Assembly: GCA_002009975.1 (NCBI GenBank)
Contig: MTLP01000009.1
Location: 71,396-135,395, forward strand
From: Thermococcus sp. JdFR-02
Lineage (GTDB): Archaea; Methanobacteriota_B; Thermococci; Thermococcales; Thermococcaceae
Length of the DNA: 64,000 nt
Direction: 5' to 3'
Shown here: positions 1 through 10,200 of the stretch, in pieces
How the letters are laid out: each line of letters begins with the position of its first letter
How positions within the stretch are numbered: the first letter of the stretch is position 1
Notes under the pieces: model-generated
The model's database searches: none
What the model was told of the DNA's origin: nothing
Seen by the model: the letters and a program-made list of their open reading frames with translations, nothing else
Translations under genes and position numbers: made by a program

Positions 1-606
1 TGTTACCATGTTCATGCCCATTGCATCGCCTGTCTCAAATTCAAACCTCAAATATAGATTATTTCCGACAATGTAAGCTCTTACCCCCTTAAGCTTTCCA
101 TGCCTCGTTACCTTTGAAACGGCTTCTCTTTGCAGGTAGTCAATGTTTTCTTCTACCCATTTAGCGACTTCCCTTGCTCTTCTCGCGTCTGGGCATTTTA
201 ATAAAGGTGCTCTAGTCATTTTATCATCAATGATTGTAGTATAAACTCCTCCTGCGGCTGTTAAGGCGGAACATCCTCTATTAACACTTGCGACTAATGC
301 TCCTTCAGTTGTTGCTAAAGGGATATAAAATTCGCCTTTAGCGTATTCGCCATTGATCTTTAAGGGACCAGCAACTCCCATTGGTATCTGAACAACTCCA
401 ATCATGTTTTCAATGTTTTTACCAATTACTTGATTCGGATCAATAGAATAGTGACCTATATTTTCAAGTTTTATCCCAAACTTCTTTTCGAGGGCTTTTC
501 TTCTTATCTCGGTTGCGAGTTTTTTGTCTCCGTTGGTGTATTTCTCGACTTGATACAGTTTTATTTCTCCGCTGGCAACTTTTTCTATTAACTCCTCTAA
601 ATTCAC
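1..606 (-). CDS. hmgA: Hydroxymethylglutaryl-CoA reductase, 5' part (runs off window start); missing from ORF track
   Basis: Manual translation from GTG at 606: MNLEELIEKVASGEIKLYQVEKY...NIENMIGVVQIPMGVAGPLKING...PLATTEGALVASVNRGC, continuing to GDAMGMNMVT; RBS GAGGTGAG at 611-618. Confidence 0.93.
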   Translation of the reverse strand, partial: MNLEELIEKVASGEIKLYQVEKYTNGDKKLATEIRRKALEKKFGIKLENIGHYSIDPNQVIGKNIENMIGVVQIPMGVAGPLKINGEYAKGEFYIPLATTEGALVASVNRGCSALTAAGGVYTTIIDDKMTRAPLLKCPDARRAREVAKWVEENIDYLQREAVSKVTRHGKLKGVRAYIVGNNLYLRFEFETGDAMGMNMVT

Positions 607-648
607 CCTACTCACCTCTTGCTAAAAGATGGAAAGCAGTTTTTAAGT

Positions 649-1401
649 TTATCTTACTTCCTCAAACATCCATTCTCTTACCAATTCCCCACTTTCCTTT
701 AAAGAGATAGCGGCATCGCTTTTTGGCTTATATACAAGAATTGGAATGCCAACGTTCACAGATTCTGGAACACTTTCATCAAAAGGTATGGCACCGAGAA
801 CAGAAACTCCAACTTCTGTTTCCAAAACATCAATGATTTTATTCACAACATCTTGAGATTCTCTAACTTTGTTCAGAATAACGCCAACTTTTAGCCCGTA
901 CTCATCTCCAAGGGCTTTTAGTTTTTCTACCTCATTTTCTACCATAACTTCAAAAGAATAGATTGGAGAACGCTCTATTTCAACAATTATCAACTGATAA
1001 TCAGCAACTTCAAAAGTTGGTAATGTATCAAAAGGTATTCCAGTAGGAGAGTCCACAAAAACAAGACCGAATTTGTATTTCATCTGCTCAACTATATCTC
1101 TCAATCTCTTAGCAGAGATTCCCAAAACGTCCTGAAGATTTGCACTGCCGGGCATTACATAAACTCCAGTTTGTGGATGTTTGTATATTGCCCATTCTGG
1201 ATCAATGTTTGGGTCTTTGATTACCGAGTGCACGGTGTATTTAACATTCTCAAGGGCAAAGTGAAAGCCTAAATTCGGCAGATATAAATCACCATCTATG
1301 GCTAAAACACCATATCCCTTTTGGGCAAAATAAGTGCTGAGATTAGACGTCATTGTGGTCTTACCAGCTCCGCCCCTTCCTGTGACGATTATAACAGTCA
1401 T
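649..1401 (-). CDS. MinD/ParA family ATPase
   Basis: Deviant Walker A GRGGAGKTT, IDGDLYLPNL, VDSPTG. Confidence 0.88.
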   Translation of the reverse strand: MTVIIVTGRGGAGKTTMTSNLSTYFAQKGYGVLAIDGDLYLPNLGFHFALENVKYTVHSVIKDPNIDPEWAIYKHPQTGVYVMPGSANLQDVLGISAKRLRDIVEQMKYKFGLVFVDSPTGIPFDTLPTFEVADYQLIIVEIERSPIYSFEVMVENEVEKLKALGDEYGLKVGVILNKVRESQDVVNKIIDVLETEVGVSVLGAIPFDESVPESVNVGIPILVYKPKSDAAISLKESGELVREWMFEEVR

Positions 1402-1563
1402 AGAGAGTACACACTCCTATAAATGGTAGCCATTAATTAGCATTAAAGCCAGTATAGTTAAATTTTATTAAGCTCAAAATATAAGGTTTTCTGAGAATGA
1501 AATAAAAACTAGAAAAGCGAATAAAATAAGTAAAGTTCAAATAGAGCATTGAAATTTGATCGG

Positions 1564-1827
1564 TCATCCAATAATTTCTCCAAAGGCAAATTTCCTTTTA
1601 ACTGAGTTAATTACGATTTCTACTTCATCCCCCACCTTTGTGTTGGGAACGAAAATCACGAAACCCTTTATTCTAGCTATTCCATCTCCACCTTTACCAA
1701 TACTCTCAATTTTTACCTTGTACCTTTCTCCAACCTTAACGGGAGGTTGTGGACCACGCATGGGCTTTCTTGCCCTTCCTTCAGGTCTTCTTCCACCAAA
1801 TTTCTTATCTTCCAATTTAGACACCAC
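1564..1827 (-). CDS. Single TRAM-domain RNA-binding protein
   Basis: [37 protein letters not shown] signature. Confidence 0.9.
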   Translation of the reverse strand: MVSKLEDKKFGGRRPEGRARKPMRGPQPPVKVGERYKVKIESIGKGGDGIARIKGFVIFVPNTKVGDEVEIVINSVKRKFAFGEIIG

Positions 1828-2053
1828 CAGGCAAATGTATGCAATTTAAACCTAATTGTGAGGATATATAAATTTTTTGGTGTATCTTTATGTTTTTCAA
1901 AATTTTTGTTGCTAAATTTTAAAGGATTAGTAGATAAAATTTACAAAACTTTTAAAGTAGAAACTTGAATTTTCAATAATAGCTTAGCATTTTTGGTTTA
2001 CAATTGTCTACATCCAAAGGGTTATATCCCTCTAAAGAGCTATTGAATTTTAG

Positions 2054-2470
2054 GTGGTAATTGTGGAGGAGAATGTTCCAATTAAAGTTTACATGACAAA
2101 AAAGCTGATTGGTGTCACTCCAGACACTACTATTCAGGAGGCATCTCGTATCATGGTGGAGTTCGATATAGGATCGTTAGTAGTTATCGAAAACGATGAA
2201 GTTGTTGGATTTTTTACTCAAACAGACATCATACGTAGGGTTGTTGTTCCTGGAAAACCATACACAACAACAGCTAAAGAAATAATGACTAAGGATCTGA
2301 TCACTGTGAATATTAACACTCCTTTAAAAGAAGTTCTAAAAAAGATGGCTCAGCATAGAATAAAGCACATGCTCATTGAAGATAAGGGAAAAATAGTTGG
2401 AATATTTACATTAAGTGACATGCTTGAAGCTAGTAGAAGAAAACTTGAAACAGCAATTGCCAATGAGTGA
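2054..2470 (+). CDS. CBS-domain pair protein
   Basis: Two CBS repeats (IGSLVV...VVGFFT; IKHMLI...IVGIFT). Confidence 0.88.
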   Translation: MVIVEENVPIKVYMTKKLIGVTPDTTIQEASRIMVEFDIGSLVVIENDEVVGFFTQTDIIRRVVVPGKPYTTTAKEIMTKDLITVNINTPLKEVLKKMAQHRIKHMLIEDKGKIVGIFTLSDMLEASRRKLETAIANE

Positions 2471-3990
2471 TGAAGATGATAAAGATAGCCCATATTAGCG
2501 ACACCCACGTCACGACTGAACCTGCATTTAAAGGTTATGCCTATGACTTAATAATTAACGAGATAAACAGCGCTGATTTTGATTTGGTAATTCATACCGG
2601 TGACGTTACAAATCAGGGTCTTAGAGAGGAGTATGAACATGCAAGCTATCTGCTTTCAAGGATAAAGAAACCTTTGATAATTATTCCAGGGAATCACGAC
2701 TCAAAGAATGTTGGTTACGAGCTTTTTGAAAAATATATTGGTCCGTTAAATGGGGTGTATGAAAAAGAAGATTTGATTGTAATCTGGGTCGATTCAACAA
2801 TTCCAGATTTAAATGATGGAAGAGTCGGTGGTTACAAATTTAAATGGCTAAAAGAGAAGCTTGAGGAATATTCTCATAAGAAATTTAAGATAGTTGCAGT
2901 TCATCATCATTTGGTTCCTTTACCCGATACTGGAAGGGAGAGAAATGTTCTCTTCAATGCTGGTGATGTCTTGGACTTACTACTTAAGCATGATGTTGAT
3001 TTATATGTATGCGGGCATAAGCATGTTCCAAATGTTTACAATGTGGAGGGTTTAATAGTTGACAATGCTGGATGTACTTCGTGTAGAAAGACAAGGAAAG
3101 GGGATGTTAACAGCTACAATATAATTAAGATTCATGATGATGGGAGGGTTGAAGTAACGATTAGACGTGTAACCTCGGAAGAAGTGAGAAAGGACTTTCA
3201 AATAAGGCGTCAAAGACTTTTTATTCCTAAAGGAAAGCGCTTATTTAGAATAGTTCATCTAAGTGAAAGTAATGTCTCTGATAGGGTTTACTTTAGAAGA
3301 AGGGTTCTTGAGAATGCAATTAGATCTATTAATGAGAAATACAAGCCAGACATTGTGATTCATTGCGGAGATGTTGTTGATGCAGGAATTGAGAGGTATT
3401 ACGAAGTGGCTCATGAATATTTTGAGAAGATTAAGGGGGAAAGGCTTATCGTACCTGGGCATAATGATATTTCATATATTGGGTATGATCTGTTTAGAGA
3501 GCACTTTGGGGAACCTAAGCCATTTGAGAAAGATGATTTTGTGTTTATTCCCATAAACACAGCTCAATATGAGACTCAAATTGGTGTAGTTGGCAGGGTA
3601 GGACAGAGACTACTTAGAGAGATGTTGGAGGAGTATAGAGAAAAGTTTACGATAGTTGTAATGCACCATAACGTAGTTCCGATTCCCAATGTTAGGGAAA
3701 TAGGATTCTTGGAAGATGCTGGAAATGTTTTAAACACTTTAGTTAGCAAAAGAGCAGATTTGGTCTTAACAGGACATGGTGGAAATGCGTTGGGAATTAA
3801 AATAGAGAATACGCCGATAATTAATGCTGGTTCGATTAGTTGGGAATTGCATAGAAATCCCTTTGGAAATTCATTTAACGTAATTGATATTTATTCTGGA
3901 ATGATATTTGCTTTTGAAGTTCAAGCAACATGGGGGGCAAGAAAGCTCCTTGGAATTTGGAAAATAAAAACAGAGGTTCCTTGGAAATAA
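2467..3990 (+). CDS. Tandem calcineurin-like metallophosphoesterase
   Basis: HISDTH, GDVT, GNHD, HHH, GHKH in domain 1; second copy HLSESN, GDVV, GHND, HHN, GHGG. Confidence 0.88.
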   Translation: MMKMIKIAHISDTHVTTEPAFKGYAYDLIINEINSADFDLVIHTGDVTNQGLREEYEHASYLLSRIKKPLIIIPGNHDSKNVGYELFEKYIGPLNGVYEKEDLIVIWVDSTIPDLNDGRVGGYKFKWLKEKLEEYSHKKFKIVAVHHHLVPLPDTGRERNVLFNAGDVLDLLLKHDVDLYVCGHKHVPNVYNVEGLIVDNAGCTSCRKTRKGDVNSYNIIKIHDDGRVEVTIRRVTSEEVRKDFQIRRQRLFIPKGKRLFRIVHLSESNVSDRVYFRRRVLENAIRSINEKYKPDIVIHCGDVVDAGIERYYEVAHEYFEKIKGERLIVPGHNDISYIGYDLFREHFGEPKPFEKDDFVFIPINTAQYETQIGVVGRVGQRLLREMLEEYREKFTIVVMHHNVVPIPNVREIGFLEDAGNVLNTLVSKRADLVLTGHGGNALGIKIENTPIINAGSISWELHRNPFGNSFNVIDIYSGMIFAFEVQATWGARKLLGIWKIKTEVPWK

Positions 3991-4134
3991 TCACCATTCA
4001 AAATTTCACTTTTCTATTGAACGTTTATTCACAAAAGTATCGCTTATTAACGAGATAATTCAAGCTGTTTGCACAAAAGGTTTATATCGGCTCCCTTTTA
4101 GATAACCATGTAAGCGTTTTATGAAGGTGATATT

Positions 4135-5187
4135 ATGAGTGAAAAGATGGTAGCTATCATGAAGAAAAAACCGGCTTATGGGGCAGAACTTGTTGAGGTT
4201 GATGTTCCTACTCCAAAGGAAGGGGAGGTTCTTATTAAAGTGTTAGCAACTAGCATCTGTGGAACCGATTTGCATATTTACGAGTGGAACGAATGGGCTC
4301 AGAGCAGAATAAAACCACCACAAATCATGGGACATGAAGTTGCTGGTGAAGTGATTGAAGTAGGAAAGGGTGTTGATACACTGGAAGTTGGAGATTACAT
4401 TTCGGCAGAAACTCATATCGTTTGTGGAAAGTGTTATCAATGTAGGAATGGTCATTATCACGTTTGTCAGAATACCAAGATCTTTGGAGTAGATAGTGAT
4501 GGTGTGTTTGCAGAATATGCAATTGTTCCAGCCCAAAATGCTTGGAAAAATCCAAAGAATATTCCACCAGAGTATGCAACTCTTCAAGAGCCTCTAGGAA
4601 ATGCAGTTGACACGGTTTTAGCAGGTCCGATAGCAGGGAAGACCGTTTTAATAACTGGAGCTGGACCTTTAGGACTTTTAGGGATTACAGTGGCAAAGGC
4701 AAGTGGAGCTTCTTTGGTCATAGTAAGTGAGCCAAGTGAATTTAGGAGAGATTTGGCTAAGAAAGTAGGTGCTGATGTAACAATAAATCCCATGGAAGAA
4801 GATGTGGTTAAGGAAGTCAAAGATTTGACAGATGACAATGGTGTTGATGTTTTCTTAGAGTTTAGTGGTGCTCCCAAAGCCTTAGAACAAGGCTTGCAAG
4901 CTGTGACTCCAGCTGGAAGGGTAAGCTTGCTCGGACTTTTCCCAAGAGAAGTCCCATTAGACTTTAACAATCTAATAATCTTCAAATCTTTAACGGTCTA
5001 TGGAATTACGGGAAGACACTTATGGCAAACTTGGTACACTGTTTCAAAGCTTTTACAAAGCGGAAAGCTGAACTTGGATCCAATAATTACACACAAGTAT
5101 AAAGGTCTTGACAGATTTGAGGAAGCCTTTGAACTAATGAGAGCTGGAAAGACTGGAAAAGTTGTTTTCTTCCCACACAGGAGGTAG
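4135..5187 (+). CDS. tdh: L-threonine 3-dehydrogenase
   Basis: Zn-ADH motifs [27 protein letters not shown]; TDH-specific [12 protein letters not shown]. Confidence 0.93.
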   Translation: MSEKMVAIMKKKPAYGAELVEVDVPTPKEGEVLIKVLATSICGTDLHIYEWNEWAQSRIKPPQIMGHEVAGEVIEVGKGVDTLEVGDYISAETHIVCGKCYQCRNGHYHVCQNTKIFGVDSDGVFAEYAIVPAQNAWKNPKNIPPEYATLQEPLGNAVDTVLAGPIAGKTVLITGAGPLGLLGITVAKASGASLVIVSEPSEFRRDLAKKVGADVTINPMEEDVVKEVKDLTDDNGVDVFLEFSGAPKALEQGLQAVTPAGRVSLLGLFPREVPLDFNNLIIFKSLTVYGITGRHLWQTWYTVSKLLQSGKLNLDPIITHKYKGLDRFEEAFELMRAGKTGKVVFFPHRR

Positions 5188-5244
5188 CTCTTCTCTATTT
5201 TTTACTAAACTTTATAATGTTTAAACGCATGATTTACTAAAAGA

Positions 5245-7143
5245 ATGAGTGAGGGAATGAAAATGAATGCTCTTAAATATTTGAAGCAGAGACTTGATGA
5301 AACGCAATTTAGAAAAATTGGTCAGATTGACAATCCAGCACTCCATGAATTTATAGCTACGTACATCAAACTTTTGAATCCCGATAAGATTTTTGTCTGT
5401 ACAGATTCTCCAGAAGACGAGGAATACATAAGACAAAAAGCTCTTGAATACGGTGAAGAGAGAGCATTAAAGACTCTGGGACATACGGTTCATTTTGATA
5501 ACTATTATGATCAGGCGAGAGATAAAGCTAACACAAAGATTTTGGTTCCAAAAGGAGTTGATTTGGGACCGTTTATCAACACAAAAGATAGGGATGAGGG
5601 ACTAAGGGAAATTCATGAGCTTATGAAAGATATAATGAAAGGAAAAGAACTATTTATCTGCTTTTTCACATTGGGTCCACAAAATTCCATTTTCACGATT
5701 CCAGCTGTTCAATTAACCGATTCAGCCTATGTTGCTCATAGTGAGTTTTTGCTCTATAGAAAAGGATATGAAGAATTTAAACGCCTTGGAAAAGAAGCAA
5801 GATTCCTAAAGTTTGTTCACTCTGCTGGAGAGCTTGATGAGAGAAAAACAAGCAAAAACTTGGATAAGAGGAGAGTTTATATTGACTTAGAAAGTGAGAC
5901 TGTCTACTCAGTAAACACACAATATGGAGGAAACACCATAGGCTTGAAGAAACTCGCATTTAGGCTAACAATTAGGAGAGCCGTTAAGGAAGGCTGGCTA
6001 TCAGAGCATATGTTTCTAATGCGCGTAAATGGTCCAAATGGGAGAAAGACATACTTCACTGGAGCATATCCATCAATGTGCGGGAAGACCTCAACTTGTA
6101 TGCTACCACATGAGAATTTAGTTGGGGATGACTTGGCTTTCATAGTTGACATGAAAGGTGAAGCAAGAGGAACCAATGTTGAATACGGTGTTTTTGGAAT
6201 AATTGAAGGAATAAACCAAAAAGATGACCCAATAATTTGGAAAGTGTTGCACTCACCAAACGAGATAATATTCTCAAATGTTCTTATTAAAGATGGAAAG
6301 CCCTATTGGAATGGAATGGGTGAGGAAATCCCAGATGAAGGGGAAAACCACTCTGGAGAATGGTGGAGGGGCAAGAAAGATAAGGAAGGAAATGAGATTC
6401 CACCATCCCACAAAAATGCTCGTTTCACTGTCCGTTTAGAAGCATTTCCAAATTTAGACAGGGAAGCTCTAGACGCTCCTTGTGGCGTGAAAATCAGTGG
6501 CATGATCTTTGGTGGAAGGGATAAGGACACATGGGTTCCTGTCTGTGAATCTTTCGATTGGGTGCATGGAGTTATAACTAAAGGTGCTTCACTTGAGTCA
6601 GAGACAACAGCGGCTACCTTGGGTAAAGAAGGGGTTAGGCAATTCAATCCAATGGCAATTCTCGATTTCCTATCTGTTCCTATTGGAGAATACATCAAGA
6701 ATTACATAAGATTCGGTGAAAAGCTAAGAGATCCACCAAAGATATTTGCCGTAAATTACTTCTTAAGAGATGAAAATGGAAATTGGCTGAATGAAAAGCT
6801 TGATAAGGCTGTTTGGCTTAAATGGATGGAACTTAGAGTACATGGAGAAGTTGACGCAATAAAAACTCCAATAGGCTATATTCCGAAGTACGAAGACTTG
6901 AAGAGATTGTTTAGAGAAGTTCTCAACAAAGAGTATCCAAAGGAGCTCTATGAAAAGCAGTTTACTATTAGAATTCCAGAGCTATTGGCAAAGGTCGAAA
7001 GGATAGAGAAGATTTACCGCGAGAAGGTTAAGGATGCACCAGAAGTGCTTTTTGAAGTACTTGAGGAAGAGAAACAAAGACTCTTAGAGGCAAAGAAAAA
7101 GTATGGGGATTATATCTCGCCTTTTGAGTTTGAAAACGTTTAA
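5245..7143 (+). CDS. pckG: Phosphoenolpyruvate carboxykinase (GTP); true start may be a downstream ATG
   Basis: YGGNTIGLKK, WLSEHM, GAYPSMCGKTS, VGDDLA, SHKNARFT. Confidence 0.93.
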   Translation: MSEGMKMNALKYLKQRLDETQFRKIGQIDNPALHEFIATYIKLLNPDKIFVCTDSPEDEEYIRQKALEYGEERALKTLGHTVHFDNYYDQARDKANTKILVPKGVDLGPFINTKDRDEGLREIHELMKDIMKGKELFICFFTLGPQNSIFTIPAVQLTDSAYVAHSEFLLYRKGYEEFKRLGKEARFLKFVHSAGELDERKTSKNLDKRRVYIDLESETVYSVNTQYGGNTIGLKKLAFRLTIRRAVKEGWLSEHMFLMRVNGPNGRKTYFTGAYPSMCGKTSTCMLPHENLVGDDLAFIVDMKGEARGTNVEYGVFGIIEGINQKDDPIIWKVLHSPNEIIFSNVLIKDGKPYWNGMGEEIPDEGENHSGEWWRGKKDKEGNEIPPSHKNARFTVRLEAFPNLDREALDAPCGVKISGMIFGGRDKDTWVPVCESFDWVHGVITKGASLESETTAATLGKEGVRQFNPMAILDFLSVPIGEYIKNYIRFGEKLRDPPKIFAVNYFLRDENGNWLNEKLDKAVWLKWMELRVHGEVDAIKTPIGYIPKYEDLKRLFREVLNKEYPKELYEKQFTIRIPELLAKVERIEKIYREKVKDAPEVLFEVLEEEKQRLLEAKKKYGDYISPFEFENV

Positions 7144-7266
7144 TCCTTTTCATGAACATTTTCCAAATTTTTCACACATTTTTGTCTTTTTGTGTGTTAT
7201 AAAAGTTTCAGCTTTGAACGCTCCTATCTTAATCCTTTTATACCTATGAAACATTAGTTTTATAGG

Positions 7267-8460
7267 GTGGTTTCTATGGCAAAGCTCGACTGGATTACTG
7301 AAGAGTTAAACGAGCTTAAAGAAAAAGGGCTTTACGTAAGAATTAGGGTTCTGCAGAGTGCTCAAGGACCTTGGGTTGTTGTTGGTGGGAAGAAAGTTTT
7401 AAACATGTGTTCAAACAACTATCTCGGCTTAGCCGCACATCCAAAGATTAAAGAAGCGGCTATAAGGGCTATTCTTGATTATGGTGTAGGTGCTGGTGCA
7501 GTTAGAACTATTGCTGGAACTATGGAGCTTCACGTTGAACTTGAGGAAAAACTAGCAAAGTTCAAGAAGAGGGAAGCAGCTATTCTCTTCCAAAGCGGTT
7601 ACAATGCAAACTTAGGTGCAATTAGTGCCTTAATTAAGAAGGGTGAAGATGGTGTTTTCATCAGTGAAGAGCTAAACCACGCAAGTATTATCGATGGTAT
7701 GCGCTTAAGCGGTGCTGAAAAGGTTATTTACAAGCATTTAGACATGGAAGATCTAAAGAAGCGCTTAGAGGAAACAAAGAACAAGAAGAAAAAGCTTATT
7801 GTCACAGATGGTGTCTTTTCAATGGATGGTGATCTTGCTCCACTTCCAGAGATTGTTGAGTTAGCAGAGCAGTATGATGCAATGGTTTACGTTGATGATG
7901 CCCACGGTGAAGGTGTTTTAGGAGACCATGGAAGGGGAATAGTTGATCATTACAACTTGCATGATAGAGTTGACTTTGAGATGGGTACGTTGAGTAAAGC
8001 CTTTGGTGTCATTGGAGGTTACGTTGCAGGTCCAGAGGAGGCTATCGAATATCTAAAGCAAAGAGGGAGACCATTCTTATTCTCAAGTGCACTGAACCCA
8101 CCAGATGTTGCAGCGGCAATTGCAGCTGTTGAGATTTTGGAAAAGGATGATAGCTTAGTTAGAAAGCTCTGGGATAACACCAAGTTCCTTCAAGAGGGGC
8201 TTAGGAATCTTGGCTATGACTTAGGGAACACAAAGCACCCAATTACTCCAGTAATGCTCTATGATGAAAAGAGGGCTCAAGAGTTTAGTAGAATTCTTTA
8301 TGAGGAATACAACATCTTTGCGCAAGCCATAGTTTATCCAACAGTTCCAAGGGGAACTGCAAGAATTAGGCTAGAGCCTTCAGCCGCTCATAGCAAAGAG
8401 GACTTGCAATATGCTTTAGATGCTTTTGAGGAAATCGGAAAGAAGATGAAGTTTATTTGA
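7267..8460 (+). CDS. kbl: Glycine C-acetyltransferase (2-amino-3-ketobutyrate CoA ligase)
   Basis: [40 protein letters not shown]; close to tdh. Confidence 0.85.
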   Translation: MVSMAKLDWITEELNELKEKGLYVRIRVLQSAQGPWVVVGGKKVLNMCSNNYLGLAAHPKIKEAAIRAILDYGVGAGAVRTIAGTMELHVELEEKLAKFKKREAAILFQSGYNANLGAISALIKKGEDGVFISEELNHASIIDGMRLSGAEKVIYKHLDMEDLKKRLEETKNKKKKLIVTDGVFSMDGDLAPLPEIVELAEQYDAMVYVDDAHGEGVLGDHGRGIVDHYNLHDRVDFEMGTLSKAFGVIGGYVAGPEEAIEYLKQRGRPFLFSSALNPPDVAAAIAAVEILEKDDSLVRKLWDNTKFLQEGLRNLGYDLGNTKHPITPVMLYDEKRAQEFSRILYEEYNIFAQAIVYPTVPRGTARIRLEPSAAHSKEDLQYALDAFEEIGKKMKFI

Positions 8461-8588
8461 AAATTGAGTTTTAGCGTGTTTTTATTTTTATTTTCCTACT
8501 TGCATCTGACTACATTTCTGATTTCTAACATCTTGAGAAAACCATTTTAAAGAGTTATTTTACACAATAGCACTAAGGGGCGAGGAAA

Positions 8589-9419
8589 ATGATAACCTCA
8601 ATATTCCTAGTACTGGTGATAATCTTTGGAGTGGTCTTTATTGCCCTGATAGTATTGACTATAAAGTTTAGAAAGAAGTTTATTGAAATGTATCCCCAGT
8701 TTAAGAGATTTTATGATTATATACTCCTGAGTTTAATTTTTGTACTTGCTGGAAATTTGGTGTATATTCCAAGCGATATAAGCAGTTATCTGTCAATAGA
8801 TTTAATTGAGAGGCATAGACTTACTTTACTTTTTATGGGTCATATTTTTGACATTTTTGCAGTGATTTTCTTTATATTGGGCTGGGCACGTCTTCTTGAG
8901 TCACTCATAAAGAAATATCGCTTAATTCCAATTGTTGTTGAGTTCAAAGAAGAGCCAAAGAAACTCTCTCCCGGTGTTTATATATGTGAAGACAAAGAAA
9001 AATGTCACTCTTTATTTTTAGAACTTTTAAAAGGGAGAGCGGGGGTCATAATCTCAAGGGATTTCCCAGATTCTATTAGGAAAAAGCTTAAACTTCAAAA
9101 AACACCAATTTTGTGGCTAACTAAAGTGGAGGGGGAGAATAATATTCATCCGCGTAAGCTGGAATACTTGATGCAGACTTTAGTGGATTTCATGAAAAAG
9201 GAGGACATGCCTAAGGTAATTCTCTTCGATGGATTTGAATATCTGCTGATTGAAAATGGGTTTAATCCTCTGTATAAGTTTTTAACTACTATTAAAGATT
9301 ACAGCATAGTTCATGACACAATAGCCCTAGTTTTGATAACAAGACGTGCATTAGGTGAAAGAGAGTACAGTTTATTGAAGAGGGAGTTTTTAGATGTTAA
9401 TGAGCTTTTAAAGAGTTGA
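8589..9419 (+). CDS. Membrane protein with C-terminal DUF835 domain
   Basis: Three N-terminal hydrophobic helices; WLTKV..IHPRKL..VILFDGFEYLLIENGF..KFL..IKD. Confidence 0.82.
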   Translation: MITSIFLVLVIIFGVVFIALIVLTIKFRKKFIEMYPQFKRFYDYILLSLIFVLAGNLVYIPSDISSYLSIDLIERHRLTLLFMGHIFDIFAVIFFILGWARLLESLIKKYRLIPIVVEFKEEPKKLSPGVYICEDKEKCHSLFLELLKGRAGVIISRDFPDSIRKKLKLQKTPILWLTKVEGENNIHPRKLEYLMQTLVDFMKKEDMPKVILFDGFEYLLIENGFNPLYKFLTTIKDYSIVHDTIALVLITRRALGEREYSLLKREFLDVNELLKS

Positions 9420-9466
9420 ACCTATTTTTAGAAAGGCTTTTAACTTTTCCTTACAACCTTTACTTA

Positions 9467-9520
9467 GCCTGTGATGAGGGATCAACCGGCTGAGTGGTGA
9501 AGAGAGAAGATATCTGAGGC
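9467..9520 (+). ncRNA. Box C/D methylation guide sRNA
   Basis: C GTGATGA 9471-77, guide GGGATCAACCGG, D' CTGA 9490-93, degenerate C' (GTGGTGA or GTGAAGA), D CTGA 9514-17, GCC/GGC terminal stem. Confidence 0.85.
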
Positions 9521-9537
9521 GTTAGAGGTGCTGAAGA

Positions 9538-10200
9538 ATGTTAAAGGCTTTAATTTTTGACGTTGATGAAACCTTAGTTTATTACGAGAGCTATGATGCA
9601 AGAAAGTGGTTTGATGATTATCTTGAGCCAGCATTTCAAAGACATAACATAAATGTGGATTTTGAGACATATAGAAAGATGGTTAGAGGCACTTTGCCCC
9701 GAAGTTATGTTGAAAAGTTTGGCATTGATCATGTGGAATTCTGGAAGCTTGTTGACAATGTAAACCTTGAGTATCGGAAAAAACTTGCAGAAGAAGGAAA
9801 GATAAAACCATTTCCTGATGCGGCTCAAGCTCTTAATGATCTTAAGTTCATGGGGTTAAAACTTGCCGCTGTAAGCAATGCCTCTCAGGACTGTACAGAG
9901 TTTGTTTTAAAGCTTTTTAATCTGAGAGGATATTTTGATGTTGTTTTTGGTAAAGATTATTCTCATCTTGATGGTGTTAAGCCAAATCCCTATCTAATCC
10001 AAAAAGCGCTAAAGACTTTAGATACAAAACCTCAAGAAGCTTGGGTTATTGGGGATAGTGCCTTAGATGTTGTTGCAGCTCATAAAGCGGGATGTAAAGC
10101 AGTGCAAGTGCTAAGGTTTGATAACTTTTGTGAAGAGGCAGACTTTCATGTTAAAGACCTTTGGGAGCTTGTAAAGTTAATAAAAGAAAGTGAGGAATAG
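9538..10200 (+). CDS. HAD-superfamily hydrolase
   Basis: FDVDETL, VSN, KPNP, IGDSALD. Confidence 0.9.
   Translation: MLKALIFDVDETLVYYESYDARKWFDDYLEPAFQRHNINVDFETYRKMVRGTLPRSYVEKFGIDHVEFWKLVDNVNLEYRKKLAEEGKIKPFPDAAQALNDLKFMGLKLAAVSNASQDCTEFVLKLFNLRGYFDVVFGKDYSHLDGVKPNPYLIQKALKTLDTKPQEAWVIGDSALDVVAAHKAGCKAVQVLRFDNFCEEADFHVKDLWELVKLIKESEE

Noticed and set aside
513-710. Plus-strand 65-aa ORF in the track
   Set aside because: Antisense shadow of hmgA and minD; the real gene is hmgA on the minus strand
1357-1383. GRGGAGKT instead of GKGGxGKT in the MinD-like protein
   Set aside because: Conservative substitution; I cannot show it is unusual for this subfamily
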